Positions 25,750 to 39,461 of a stretch of 64,000 nucleotides of DNA are shown piece by piece (within the stretch, counting starts at the first letter, position 1; every line of letters starts with the position of its first letter). A program made the translations under genes and the position numbers. Under the pieces are notes generated by a model. The model had not been told where the DNA came from. It saw only the letters and a program-made list of their open reading frames with translations, and made no database searches. Source of the stretch: Pristiophorus japonicus (Eukaryota); assembly GCF_044704955.1 (NCBI RefSeq), contig NC_091983.1, positions 100,440,001 through 100,504,000 on the forward strand, written 5' to 3'.

Positions 25750-28700
25750 CTGGCAAACAGTAACTCGTGGGGTGCCGCAGGGATCGGTGCTGGGGCCTCA
25801 ACTATTTGCAATCTATATTAATTACTTGGTTGAAGGGACCGAGTGTAATGTAGCCAAGTTTGCTGATGATACAAGGATGGGTGGGAAAGCAAATTGTGAG
25901 GAGGACACACAAAATGTGCTAAGGTATATAGACAGGCTAAGTGAGTGGGCAAAAATTTGGCAGATGGAGTATAATGTGGGAAAATGTGAGGTTATCCACT
26001 TTGGCAGAAAAAATAGAAAAGCAAATTATAATTTAAATGGAGAAAAATGCAAAGTGCACAAGATTGTGCATGAAACACAAAAAGTTAGTATGCAGGTACA
26101 GCAAGTAATAAGGAGGCAAATGGAATGTTGGCCTTTATTGCAAGGGGGTAGATTATAAAAGCAGAGAAGTCCTGCTACAACTGTACAGGGTATTGGTGAG
26201 GCCACACCTAGATTACTGCACACAGTTTTGGTCTTCATATTTAAGGAAGGATATACTTGCATTGGAGGCTGTTCAGAGAAGGTTCACTAAGTTGATTCCG
26301 GAGATGACGGGGTTGACTTATGAGGATAGGTTGAGTAGGTTGGGCCTATACTCGTTGGAGTTCAGAAGGATGCGAGGCGATCTTATCGAAACATGTAAGA
26401 TAATGAGGGGGCTCGACAAGGTGGATGCAGAGAGGATATTTCATAGAAACATAGTAACATAGAAAATAGGTGCAGCTGTTGGCCATTCGGCCCTTCGAGC
26501 CTGCACCACCATTCAATAAGATCATGGCTGATCATTCACCTCAGAAACCCTTTCCTGCTTTCTCTCCATACCCCTTGATCCCTTTAGCAGTAAGGGCCAT
26601 ATCTAACTCCCCCTTGAATATATCCAACGAACTGGCATCAACAACTCTCTGTGGTAGAGAATTCCACAGGTTAACAAATCTCTGAGTGAAGAAGTTTCTC
26701 CTCATCTCAGTCCTAAATGGCTTACCCCTTATCCTTAGACTGTGTCCCCTGGTTCTGGACTTCCCCAACATCGGGAGCATTCTTCCCGCATCTAACCTGC
26801 CCAGTCCCATCAGAATTTGATATGTTTCTATGAGATCCCCTCTCATCCTTCTAAACTCCAGTGAATAAAGGCCCAGTCGATCCAGTCTCCCTCATATGTC
26901 AGTCCAGCCATCCCGGGAATCAGTCTGCTAACCTTCGCTGCACTCCCTCAATAGCAAGAATTAGGAGACCAAAACTGAACACAATATTCTAGGTGAGGCC
27001 TCACCAAGGCCCTGTACAACTGCAGTAAGACTCCCTGCTCCTATACTCAAAACGCCTAGCTATGAAGGCCAACATACCATTTGCCTTCTTCACCATCTGC
27101 TGTACCTGCATGCCAACTTTCAATGACTGATGTACCATGACGCCCAGGTCTCGTTGCACTTCCCCTTTTCCTAATCTGCCGCCATTCAGATAATATTCTG
27201 CCTTTGTGTTTTTGCCCCCAAAGTGGATAACCTCACATTCATCTACATTATACTGCATCATGCATTTGCCCACTCATCTAACCTGTCCAAGTCACCCTGC
27301 AGCCACTTAGCATACTCCTCACAGCTCACACCGCCACCCAGCTTAGTGTCATCTGGAAACTTGGAGATATTACACTCTATTCCTTCATCTAAATCATTCA
27401 TGTATACTGTAAATAGCTGGGGTCCCAGCACTGAGCCCTGCGATACCCCACTAGTCACTGCCTGCCATTTTGAAAAGGACCCGTTTATCCCAACTCTCTG
27501 CTTCCTGTCTGCCAAGCAGTTCTCTAGCCACATCAGTACATTACCCCCAGTACCATGTGCTTTAATTTTGCACACCAATCTCTTGTGTGGGACTTTGTCA
27601 AAAGATTTTTGAAAGTCCAAATACACCACATCCACTGATTCTTCCTTGTCCGCTCTACTAGTTACATCCTCAAAAAATTCCAGAAGATTTTTCAAGCATG
27701 ATTTCCCTTTCAAAAATTCATGTTGACTTGGACCGATCCTGTCACTGCTTTCCAAATGCGCTGATATTTCATCTTTAATAATTGATTCCAACATGTTCCC
27801 CACTACTGATGTTAGGCTAACTGGTCTATAATTACCCGTTTTCTCTCTCCCTCGTTTTTTAAAAAGTGGTGTTACATTAGCTACTCTCCAGTCCATAGGA
27901 ACTGATCCAGAGTCAATAGACTGTTGGAAAATGATCACCAATGCATCCACTATTTCTAGGGCCACTTCCTTAAGTACTCTGGGATGCAGATTATCAGGCC
28001 CTGGGGATTTATCGGCCTTCAATCCCATCAATTTTCGAACACAATATCTTACCTAATAAGGATTTCCTTCAGTTCCTCCTTCTCACTAGACCCTCGGTCC
28101 CCTAGTATTTCCGGAAGGTTATTTGTGTCCTCCTTCGTGAAGACAGAACCAACGTATTTGTTCAACTGGTCTGCCATTTCTTTGTTCCCCATTATAAATT
28201 CACCTGAATCTGACTGCAAGGAACCTACGTTTGTCTTCACTAATCTTTTTCTCTTCACATATCTATAGAAGCTTTTGCAGTCAGTTTTTATGTTCCCAGC
28301 AAGCTTCTTCTCATACTCAATTTTCCCCCTCCTAATTAAACCCTTTGTTCTCCTCTGCTGAATTCTAAATTTCTCCCAGTCCTCAGGTTTGCTGTTTTTT
28401 CTGGCCAATTTATATGCCTCTTCCTTGGATTTAACACTATCCTTAATTTCCCTTGTTAGCCACGGTTGAGCCACATTCCCCATTTTATTTTTACTCCAGA
28501 CAGGGATGTACAATTGTTGAAGTTCATCCATGTGATCTTTAAATGTTTGCCACTGCCTATCCACCGTCAACCCTCTAAGTATCATTTGCCAGTCTATTCT
28601 AGCCAATTCACGTCTCATACCATCGACGTTACCTTTCCTTAAGTTCCGGACCCTAGTTTCTGAATTAACTGTGTCACTCTCTATCTTAATAAAGAATTCT

Positions 28701-29586
28701 ACCATATTATGGTCACTCTTCCCTAAGGGGCCTCGCACAACAAGATTGCTAATTAGTCTTTTCTCGTTACACATCACCCAGTCTAGGATGGCCAGCCCGC
28801 TCGTTGGTTCCTCGACATATTGGTCCAGAAAACCATCCTTAATACATTCCAGGAAATCCTCCTCCATCGTATTGCTACCAGTTCAGTAGCCCAGTCAATA
28901 TGTAGATTTAAGTCGCTCATGATAACTGCTGTACCTTTATTGCACGCATCCCTAATTTCTTGTTTGATGCTGTCCCCAAACTCACTACTACTGTTTGGTG
29001 GTCTATACACAACTCCCACTAGCGCTTTCTTCCCTTTGGTATTCCGCAGCTCCACCCATACAGATTCCACATCATCCAAGCTAATGTCCTTCCTTACCAT
29101 TGCGTTAATTTCCTCTTTAACCAGCAATGCTACCCCACCTCCTTTTCCTTTCTGTCTATCCTTCCTGAATGTTGAATACCCCTGGATGTTGAGTTCCCAG
29201 CCTTGGTCACCCTGGAGCCATGTCTCCGTGATGCCAATTATATCATATTCATTAATTCTACTCATAGGGGTAACTAAAACTAGGGTGCATAGTCTCAGAA
29301 TAAGGGGCAGCCCTTTTAAAACTGAGATGAGGAGGAATTTCTTCTCTCAGAGGGTTGTAAATCTATGGAATTCTCTGTCCCAGAGAGCTGTGGAGGCTAG
29401 GTCATTGAATATATTTAATGTGGAGATAGACAGAATTTTAAGAGATAAGGGAATAAAGGATCATGGGGAGCGGGCAGGGAAGTGGAGCTGAGTCCATGAT
29501 CAGATCAGCCATGATCTTATTAAATGGCGGAACAGGCTCGAGGGGCCAAATGGCCTACTCCTGCTCCTATTTCTTATGTTTTTATG
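25750..29586 (+). mobile_element. CR1 3' half (TTCTTATG-tail subfamily), split by an antisense CR1 at 26442-29257
   Basis: GVPQGSVLGP, FADD, RPHLDYC up to ...GAGAGGATATTT; resumes CTACTCATAGGGG...LWNSL, 3' UTR and tail. Confidence 0.9.
26442..29257 (-). mobile_element. CR1 LINE, nearly whole ORF2 (decayed), nested antisense in another CR1
   Basis: ORFs 28783..29265, 28049..28867, 27258..28031 and 26541..26846; tail catagaaacatag at 26442. Confidence 0.95.
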
Positions 29587-29967
29587 CCTAAGCTCAGCAC
29601 AGAGCAGGGGCCTTCTGGTTTGTACGGCTTAGTAATGCACCACATGGTGTAGTTAGCCACTGCACCTCCCAATTTTCTGCATTACTACTTCCCGCCTCTT
29701 CTGTAATATAACAATTAGATTATTGTTTTATCCCCCTGCCTTCTCACATGCACGGAGGCAACATGGCCTACCACCCACCTCTGTTCTCCACCCTGCACCA
29801 CATGAAGCTGATGGAGTGATGTACCATTCCATGGGCACCAATGGCTCTTTAATATCTTATCCACGTGGTCAATGTGTTAGTCTTCAAAACAAGTGCCAGC
29901 AGGCTATTTGACTGCAGAGCTCATCATACACAAGGTGAAGCCTCTTCACCTGACATTCACACACATG

Positions 29968-30140
29968 GCGGGTAGTTGTGACTTAAGGCGACAGTGTAAA
30001 ATGGGCGTTATCGGATCAGCCACCAATTATATATACGTCCCAATTTTTATTTCCAGAAATTAAAATCGAGAGAGATGTAAAACTTGCGGCAGATCCGATG
30101 TCACCTGTTTTACACTATTACCAACGTCACAATTACTCCC
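29968..30140. mobile_element. Short hairpin MITE (Harbinger/Tourist-like)
   Basis: Imperfect inverted arms GCGGGTAGTTGTGAC...AGTGTAAAA...ATCGGATC and GATCCGAT...TTTTACACT...GTCACAATTACTCCC; 3-bp flanking duplication ATG. Confidence 0.7.
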
Positions 30141-30599
30141 ATGAACTTTCCAGCTCTGGTTGCTGCATAGCAATTAGGGAAGTGGGGAATCCAGGCTGTT
30201 TTTCACCCTTCCGAATCCAGTGATACTGAAAAAAAGTTGAAGTTCCCAGATTGTTGCTCTGCCTGACAACTGCTAACACAGCATAGTCTGAATGGCTCTA
30301 TAACACACTGGGCAGTACCTTTACCCACTGAACTATTGGGAATGTGTTTTATGCCTTTCTAAGCCACACATTGATACCTGATTTTTAATGGCTGGAAGAT
30401 GTACTGTAATATTACTCAAACCTGCTACTGCTGAAACTGTCTCATTTATCCATGGGGTGGATTTAACAACTACGCATGCATAAGATTTGCACATTTGCCA
30501 TTGCTCAGAAGTAGTGAATGCTTCATTAAATCAACTTCGCACGTGCAAAACTTGTGTTTGCATGGTTTGATACAAAGTCATGAATGCAATGACTCTGCT

Positions 30600-30975
30600 C
30601 CACTAGATGGGACTGCCCTCGCTTGATTCCACTCTTACCTGTTTGATCATAGCCAGCGAATCTATAGTAATGGCTTCTCTTCCCACCTCCATACTGTTAC
30701 CTCTGGAGTCACCATGATCTATCCTTGGCCCCCTTCTCTTCTTTATCTACATGCTGCATGTTGGTGACATCATCCACAGACATGAGGTCAGCTTCCACAT
30801 GTATGTTGATGACAACCGGCTCTACCTTTCCAAAACTTCTCTTGACCCCTGAACCACCTGAGTGTTGTCAGATTTGCCTGACAGCATGTCTTGGATGGGC
30901 TGTAATTTCCTTAATGAAGCCTTCATCTTCCACCCCTGCCACAAGCTCTGTACCCTTGCTACCAATTCCACTTCA
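30600..30975 (+). mobile_element. Old L2-type LINE RT fragment
   Basis: Degenerate GTALA*FHSYL, VTSGV, SILGPLLFFIYML, HEVSFHMYVDD. Confidence 0.75.
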
Positions 30976-31449
30976 GCATGGAGGCAGTGACAGACTTGTG
31001 CCTTCTGCTCAAATCTGATCATCAGGCAACTTCTGCGATAGGGATGGCACTGCCAGAATAACCACAGCCATGACCTTTTAAGCCTTAGGCTTGCCACCTG
31101 GGACATTAGCAACATCAATCAATCCACACTACATAGCATCATCAAGTAGGTCAATGTTCACCAGGGGAAACAACTTCATTTCACACCTGTACAACCCAAT
31201 TTAATTCCCTAAAGGTTATTAGTATATGTGGCTAGTTCTTTTGTGGCCCAATGCTTTCCCTTGATGGTACTCTGTTTTGTGCACTCTACATTCCAACCTT
31301 GTGCTCCTGCTAGGTGTTTGCCCAGTGGAAAGAGTGGTCCATAGTTGGCTGCTCTTCAGATTGAGATGTCTCTGTACATCCTTGTGCTGTGCCATGAGGT
31401 AGTCCTGTAACTGATGTCTCCACATCCGATGCTATGGTGGCTAGGTAGC

Positions 31450-34400
31450 TCTGCCTGCTCTCGTTTGTGGAGGGGCGGCCTCCCGGCTGGACCTCTTGCG
31501 GCAACTGGACCGAGCTATCGGGCCTCCACCCCCCCCCCGCCGCCATCTGGAGCTCTCCTTCCCCACTGATGGCCTGGTCTCCTCTCCTCCTTCAGCACAT
31601 GGTGAGTACAATGGCTGTGACCCCCCCTGCACCCCCCCCCCCATTCTCAACCCCAGTGCACCACTGGCCCCCCCAATGCCTGCCCCCAACCAAGCCTTGG
31701 ACTACCGACCATCAAGGGCGCTACCCAGCGCCGAGCCTGCGGCAAACATCTCGCCATAGGCAAATAGGCCCATATAGCAGTGCCTGATCTCCCGTCGTCT
31801 TGGACCCCCTTGCCACTGGGCCAAGATCTTGCTCAGCTTAGCCCATGTGGTAGCTGGTGTGCAACGACCACCCCACGTTAAATGAAATCACACACAGGAC
31901 TCTTCCACTCCTCTAACATGAAGTTCGGGACCTGGAACGTCAGGACCCTCATGGACAACCCCAACAGCGACAGACCGGAACGCCGCACCGCCATAGTTGC
32001 CCGGGCACTTAGGCGCTTTGATAGCGACATGGCCATCCTAAGTGAGACCCAGCGGGCAGGGGAAGGCCAGCTCAAGGAACAAGGTGGAGGTTACACCTTC
32101 TTCTGGAAAGGGAAACCAGAGGCAGAACGCTGCCTCCACAGAGTCGGCTTCGCCATCAAAGACGAGCTGGTCAACTGCGTCAAAGACTCCCCCTGCGGGG
32201 CTAATGAATGCCTCATGACGCTTCGACCCACCCTATCCTGGAACCAGTGCGCCACAGTCATCAGTGCTTATGCCCCAACACTCGATGCAACAGATGAGGC
32301 CAAAGAGGGTTTTTACTCCAACCTCGAAAAATCCCTGACCTGCGTCCCCGCGGGCAACAAACTGATCCTCCTTGGCGACTTCAACACCAGGGTCGGCAAG
32401 GACACAGACCTCTGGGGAGGCGCGATTGGCAGAGAGGGGGTAGGGAAAGCCAACTCCAGCGGTAACCTACTCCTGACAAAATGTCTAGAGCATGAACTTG
32501 TCATCACCAACACCTTGTTCCACCAGAGGGATAAATACAAGTCACTGTGGCAACACCCTCACTCCAAACACTGGCACCTGCTCGACTATGTCATCAGCCG
32601 AGTCAGGGATCGCAAGGATGTGCGCATCACCCGTGCCATGACAGGAACTGACGACTGCTGGACAGACCACCGCCTAATCCGATCCATCATTGACATCAAC
32701 ATAGCCCCAAAGTGAAGGGGACAGCAGAAGCAGTGTCGCAAAAAAGTCAATGCTGGGGCACTTAAGGACCCGGCTAAGAGAGCCCTTTACAGTCAGCATC
32801 TCACAGCTAACCTGGCATGCCTTGATGATCCCGAGACACAGAATGCCCAAAGCGCTTGGTTTGCCCTCCAGGCCTCCATAACCAGTGCCTGAAAAGAGAT
32901 GCTCAGTCACTCAACCAGGAAACATCAGGACTGGTTTGACGAGAATGATCAGGAGATTCAAGAGCTAATAGATTGCAAGCACAGGGCATTTCTGAGCCTT
33001 AAATAGCAACCCAACTTGGGAGCAGCAAAGCAGCATTACAGACAGCTAAAGGCTAAGGTCCAACAAAAAACCCGGGACCTAAAGAACAGGTGGTGAATGG
33101 AGAAAGCACAGAAGATACAGCAGCTGGCCGACAGCCATGATGTGCGAGGATTCTTCATCGCAGTCAAGACCACCTACGGTCCAAACACCCAAGGCCCCAT
33201 CCCGCTGCTGGCCAAGAACAGGGAAACACTCATCAAGGACACCGAGGCAGTCAGGGCCCGCTGGAAGGAGCACCTCGAAGATATCCTCAACTCGAGTGTT
33301 CTCGACTCCATTCCGCAGCATGCTACCCGCCATCACCTCAGTGAGACCCCAATACTGCATGAGGTAGAAAAAGCCATAAGACAGCTAAAAAAACAAGACT
33401 ACGGGAGTGGATGGAATCCCTGCTGAGGCACTGAAGTATGGCGGAGAGGGACTGCTGGTGTGAATACACGACTTCATCTCTCTGATCTGGAGGGAGGAGA
33501 GCATGCCGGGGGATCTTAGAGATGCAGTGATCGTGACTATCTTTAAAAAAGGGGCAAGTCCAACTGTGGCAACTACAGAGGAATCTCCCTGCTATCAGCC
33601 ACTGGGAAAGTCATCGCTAGAGTCCTCCTCAACCATCTTCTCCCCGTGGCCGAGGAGCTCCTCCCAGAGTCGCAGTGTGGATTTCGTCCCCTCCGGGACA
33701 CAACGGACATGATTTTTGCAGCACAACAGCTGCAGGAAAAATGCAGGGAACAGCGCCAGTCCTTATACATGGCCTTCTTCGACCTTACAAAGGCCTTTGA
33801 CACTGTCAAGCGCGAGGATCTATGGAGCGTCCTCCTCCATTTCGCCCCCAAAAGTACATCACCATCCTCCGCCTGCTCCACGACGACATGCAGGCCGTGA
33901 TCCTTACCAATGGATCCATCACAGACCCAATCCACGTCCGGACCGGGGTCAAGCAGGGCTGCATCATCACCCCAACCTTCTTCTCAATCTTCCTCGCTGC
34001 CATGCTCCACCTCACAGTTGATAAGCTCCCCACTGGAGTGGAACTAAACTACAGAACCAGTGGGAAGCTGTTCAACCTGCGCCGCCACCAGACCAGGTCC
34101 AAGACCACTCCAACCTCTGTCGTTGAGCTACAGTACGCGGACAATGCCTGCATCTGTGCACACACAGAGGCTGAACTCCAGGACATAGTCGACGTATTTA
34201 CCAAGGCATAAGAAAGCATGGGCCTTGTGCTAAGCATCAGTAAGACAAAGATCCTCCACGAGCCTGTCCTCGCCGCATAGCACTGCCCCCCAGACATCAA
34301 GATCCACGGCGTGGCCTTGGAAACGTGGACCACTTCCCTTATCTCGGGAGCCTCTTATCAACAAGAGCAGGCATCGGCGACGAGATCCAACACTGCCTCC

Positions 34401-35116
34401 AGTGCACCAGTGCAGCCTTCGGCCACCTGAGGAAAAGAGTGTTTGAAGACCAGGCCCTCAAAACTGTCACCAAACTCATGGTCTACAGGTTTGTAGTAAT
34501 ACCCACCCTCCTGTATGGCTCAGAGATGTGGACCATGTACAGTAGACACCTCAAGTCGCTGGAGAAATACCACCAACAATGTCTCTACCAGATCCTACAA
34601 ATCCCCTGGGAGGACAGATGCACCAACATTAGCGTCCTCGTCCAGGCCAACATCCCCAGCATTGAAGCACTGACTACATTTTATCAGCTCCGCTGGGCAG
34701 GCCACATAGTTTGCATGCCAGACACGAGACTCCCAAAGCAAGCGCTCTACTCGGAACTTGTCCACGGCAAACGAGCCAAAGGTGGGCAGAAGAAACGTTA
34801 CAAGGACACCCTCAAAACCTCCCTGATAAAGTGCGACATCCCCACTGACACCTGGGAATCCCTGGCCAAAGACTGCCCTAAGTGGAGGAAGTGCATCCAG
34901 GAGTGCGCTGAGCTCCTCGAGTATCGTCTCTGAGAGCATGCAGAAATCAAGTGCAGGTAACGGAAGGAGCATGCAGTAAACCAGGCTCCCTGCCTACCCT
35001 TCCCTTCAACCACTGTCTGTCCCATCTGTGACTGTACAGCCACCTAAGAACTCATGCTAAGAGTGGAAGCAAGTCTTCCTCGATTCCGAGGGACTGCCTA
35101 TGATGATGATGACGAT
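31450..35116 (+). mobile_element. Near full-length RTE-clade LINE; single APE-RT ORF, decayed
   Basis: FGTWNVRTL, SET, SAYAPT, GDFN, TDH endonuclease; QCGFRP, DLTKAFD, GVKQGC, QYADN RT; LRWAGH; (TGA)n tail at 35101-35116; GC-rich 5' UTR. Confidence 0.95.
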
Positions 35117-35829
35117 AGCTAGATGGGTCACATGTGATGTCACCCTGACAGGCAGCGGTCTCATCTCTGCTTAATCCAGCCATGCTACTGCTGTTGGGCA
35201 CCTCCACAGATCTGAAAGGGGCCAAAGCTCTGGGCAGTGGCGAAGCTTTATGTAATGGCTGGGCATGAAAGCCAATTGTAGAGTGGAGCCCAAGGCAGCA
35301 GCCTGACAATCATAAGAGATACTCTGACCAGCCTTAGAAACTCATGCACTGCGGACACACTGCAGTGTCCCTGAACTTGTCATGAACTTCCTACTGGCAG
35401 GGAATTCTGTTAAGTGGTTATGCATGAGTGCATGTTGGGAATTCTCCATTGTAATCATCAGACTTTGCAGGGTGCTTGGCAAACTATCTAATGACAGCAA
35501 GCAATTTTGGTAATAAGATAATATCTTCATTTTAAAAGCAGGACCTTGGCGGTCTGAAGCCCTGTGCTCTATATCAGACTGGAAAAGGATAGGACTATCC
35601 ATGAGTTTCGGGGATGCCTCCATCTTCACCTTGGGCCACTTCCTCTATATTTTCAGCCACTAAGATGTTGACCATGACACATTCAAACTGGTTCAGTGGG
35701 CCGATTTTATCATTTGGTGCAAAACGGGTAGGCGACAGCCAAGGCTCGCTGGGTTGGAAGGGTGGGAACTCAGTCAACTCCTACATGTAGCTAGCTGAGA
35801 TCTGGGCCTCAAACCGCTTCAATAGCTGC

Positions 35830-36125
35830 TACAACACCAACAACAACCTGCATTCATTAAGTACCTTTAACATAGAAAAACATCTCAAGGCGTTTCACAG
35901 AGGCACAATCAAAAAGTTAAAAAAATTGACACACAACCAAAGAAGGAGATATTAGAAAGTGTGACCTGGTCAAAGAGTAGGAATTCCAGAGCATGGAACT
36001 AAGGTGGGCCAAGGCATAGCCACCAATAGTGGGGAGGGGTGATGCACAAGATGCCAGAGTCACAGCAACAGAGAGATTTGTGGATGGGGGTTGTAGAGCT
36101 GGAGGAGGGAAGGGATTTAGGAAAG
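35830..36125 (-). mobile_element. L2-type 3' end fragment
   Basis: (CAA)n tail remnant and resemblance to the L2 3' UTR; recalled similarity only. Confidence 0.5.
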
Positions 36126-36129
36126 GATA

Positions 36130-36540
36130 GGACTTGCTTTTATATAGCACCTTTCATGACCTCAGAATGCCCCAAAGTGTTTACTTCCAATTAAGTACTT
36201 TTTGAAGTGTAGTCATTGTTATAATGTACGGAAATGTGGCAATCGATTTGCGCACAAACAGCAATAAAGTACATTACCAGATAATCTGCTTTAGGAATCT
36301 TGATTGAAGGATCAATATTGGCTCAGGCACCAAGCGAACTTCCATATGCTTCTTCAAAGGGTGCCATGAGATCTTTTACGTTGACATGAGAAGGAGATGG
36401 ATGACTCGGTTTAGCCTCTCATCTGAAAGATGGCTCCTCCAACAGTGCAGCACTCGCTCAGAACTGTACTGAAGCGTTAGCCTGAACTATGTGCTCACAG
36501 TTCTGTAATGGTATTGAACCCATGACCTTCTGACTGAGGC
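36130..36540 (-). mobile_element. Deu-domain SINE (SacSINE1/AmnSINE-like)
   Basis: Recalled blocks TTTATATAGCACCTTT...GTACTTTTTGAAGTGTAGTC...CATCTGAAAGATGG...CAGTGCAGCACT and a tRNA-like B box (TTGAACCC); related copy at 40940-41305. Confidence 0.65.
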
Positions 36541-36566
36541 CAAAACAGTAGAATACAAGTCATAGG

Positions 36567-36872
36567 TGTTGTATATGCAGACTATGGATGTACTCTCTGT
36601 GCAGTCACTGTGTGGTTGCATAAGATGGAGACTTGTTTACTTGATGTACTGTCAATAAGGTTTACACTGTGTATATACATGCTGGCACCACTAGAGGGTG
36701 CAACTGGTGGAGACCGGGGGTTTCCTGCCCTGGTGGCAGGGCTCAGTATAAAAGGCTGCACACCATGCTTGTGCCTCACTCTAGAGTTTGGAATAAAGGA
36801 CCAAGGTCACTACAGTTTGAGTACAACATATTGCCTCGTGGAGTCATTCATAAGTACATTACAGACATAATA
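36567..36872 (+). mobile_element. Solo LTR (Gypsy-type)
   Basis: TGTTGT...ACATAATA termini, TATAAAA, AATAAA, flanked by the near-perfect 5-bp TSD ATAGG/ATAGA. Confidence 0.85.
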
Positions 36873-37179
36873 ATAGAAAGTCATGTTCAAACTGCATGCT
36901 GCTCTGGTTAGACCGCACCTTGAGTACTAGGCCCATTTCTGACCACCAAAACACAAGGGAGACACTCAAACTCTGGAGGCAGACCAGAGAAGAGCTGCAG
37001 TAGAGGACTGAGATAAGGAGAAAGACTGGAGATTTAAACTCGAGGACAAGAACTGAAAATTTGAGACGTTGAGGGCTATGTTCCTTGTAATATTTTTTGG
37101 CCCTGTGCGACCGTACATCTTACAGGGAGCACAGTTTGAGGGACTAGGAGTCATTGTAGATCAATAAGGATAAAGGTGA

Positions 37180-37570
37180 TAGTGAGCGTGACTTGATGCG
37201 GGATAGGATACAGGCAGCAGAGTTTTGGATGATCAGGAGAGCATTGTAAGCATCACATCTGGAAGTGACATAGATGAGGGTGTCAGCAGCAGATGGGCTG
37301 AGGCAGTGGCAGAGACAGGTGATGTTGCGAAAGCAGAAGTCAGAAATCTTTTTGATGGAGAGGAATATGGGTTCGGAAGCTTAGCTTGAGGTCTAATGGG
37401 ACATCAGGGTTTCGAACAGTTGCTTCAGTCTGATACAGAGACTGGTCAAGTGGATGGAGTCAGTGGCAAGGGAGTTTTTGGCAGGGGCCGAAGACAATTG
37501 CTTTGGTTTTCCGAATGTTTAACAGGAGGAAATTGCAACTCAACGAAGACTAGAGAAGTCTGACAGCACA
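37180..37570 (-). mobile_element. Old L2-type LINE fragment
   Basis: Recalled similarity to the L2 RT C-terminal region; heavily degenerate. Confidence 0.5.
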
Positions 37571-37879
37571 AGAAATTGAGAGGACGAGGGAGTGCGGCCG
37601 TGTACAAATTACTCCCCCTTTATTGTGCACATTGTGGCCCAAGTGTTTGAACTGACTGTTAAATGGGAGAACCTGAATATTTTCACATTATTGGGCATGT
37701 GGAGCATGGGTGGTCACATTAGAAAAGCCACCTTCGTATCTCTGAGTAAGCAATTCCATCAGAGTGCAAAAAGCCATCTTAACCTTGACATGTCTTGACA
37801 CATTTCAGGACTGTTAATCCTGCTGCCACCAAGTGGTGATTTAAGAGGCATCACTTGAGAAAATAGAAAATTAATTCAT

Positions 37880-38447
37880 AATGGGGATTTTAACTCCCTC
37901 CAATGGGCGGTATGGAAATTAAAATCCACTTATTGCTGTTTCCGCCCACACTATCTTAAAGTCGGGCGACTGAAGTGCCTGCCCGACTCAGGGAGCCTCA
38001 TGAGTTTATGCTAATCGGGGTAGTGTAGATTGGACCCCAAAGCCATTTTCACAGCCTACTAAATGGAGCATTCGCCATCAAACAGTCAAACGAGAAGCAG
38101 AGACCCTCCAAATTAAGTTAAAAAAACCAACTTATTTTTGTGCGGTCAGGAAGAGCAGGACAGCTCCTCAGGAGCCAACAAAAACAGTTTGGGCCGCTGC
38201 TGCCCCGGGATCTCCCCCTTCTGTGTTCTCAAAACCCTCCTGAATACCCCCCCGACGACTCATCACACTGCTAGCGGGACCACTCGATAATGAGCCGACC
38301 AAACCCGGCAAGCCACCTCTGTTCGCCTGTTTGGGACGGGCAGCTCACTGGCTCCGTTTGAATGAGACCCGGACCTATCGCTACATCTCCCAGGTGGTCT
38401 GCCTGAGCATTCTGCCAGCCGACTGTCTGGGAATTAAAATTACCCAC
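37880..38447. mobile_element. Probable Harbinger-type MITE
   Basis: Imperfect terminal inverted repeats GGGGATTTTAAC and AATTAAAATTACCC around a CpG-rich interior. Confidence 0.5.
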
Positions 38448-38499
38448 CATGTCTCCTGAACTTCAACTTATTCCTGTCTGAGATAAACCATTATCTTAT

Positions 38500-38712
38500 G
38501 GGTTATGGTAGTGTAATGGACTAGTAATCTAGAGGCAGGAGTTAAACCATCGTGGCAGTTTGAGAATTTTAATTAAGGTAAAAAGCTGGAATAAAGAGCT
38601 GATATAAGAATAAGTGACTGATAAGCTGTCAGATTATTCAACTGGTTCACTAATGTCCTTTTAGGGAAGAAAAGCTGCCATCCTGATTCCAGATCCATGC
38701 TGTTGTGACTTA
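38500..38712 (+). mobile_element. Degenerate tRNA-derived SINE
   Basis: A-box-like GGTAGTGTAATGG, B-box-like GAGTTAAACC, and the recalled body motif CTGGTTCACTAATGTCCTTTTAGGGAAG. Confidence 0.45.
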
Positions 38713-38929
38713 GAGTGAAAACTAATGGCACTGGTGGGCACTTGGTGACTTGGCGTGGGTTATTGCTCTGAGATTTAAACAGTTGGCCTGAGCTCGTTTG
38801 CTCCTGTAGAGCCTGGTTCCTAGCTGAATTAAGTCTTTTTGTATGACTTAAATCATATAGAAACTTCACTCACAGTTTATTAAAATTGGATGCCAGAAGA
38901 GAGTTTCCAAATTGGAATAATTAAATCAG

Positions 38930-39200
<271 letters not shown>

Positions 39201-39461
39201 TTCGCTGCCATGCACACTGCGGCCTATTCTAATTAGAAATGCAAAAAAATATGGAGTCGGTAATTGGCGGTGAGATTGGCGTCCTCAATGACTAAATTTA
39301 TGGCGTACATCGCAGATCTCACTGTTGCATGGAAATCTGGGCAAATGTCACTTCAAACTCTACTTACTGCTCACTGCAACAGGCCTGTTATGTTTAATCT
39401 AACCATGTGATATAATGCAGTACTCAATTGTCCTCAAGGTGTCAGCAGTTCCACACTTTAA

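Noticed and set aside
31450-31540. HDV-like ribozyme at the RTE 5' end
   Set aside because: Known in some RTE elements, but I could not build the nested double pseudoknot by eye.
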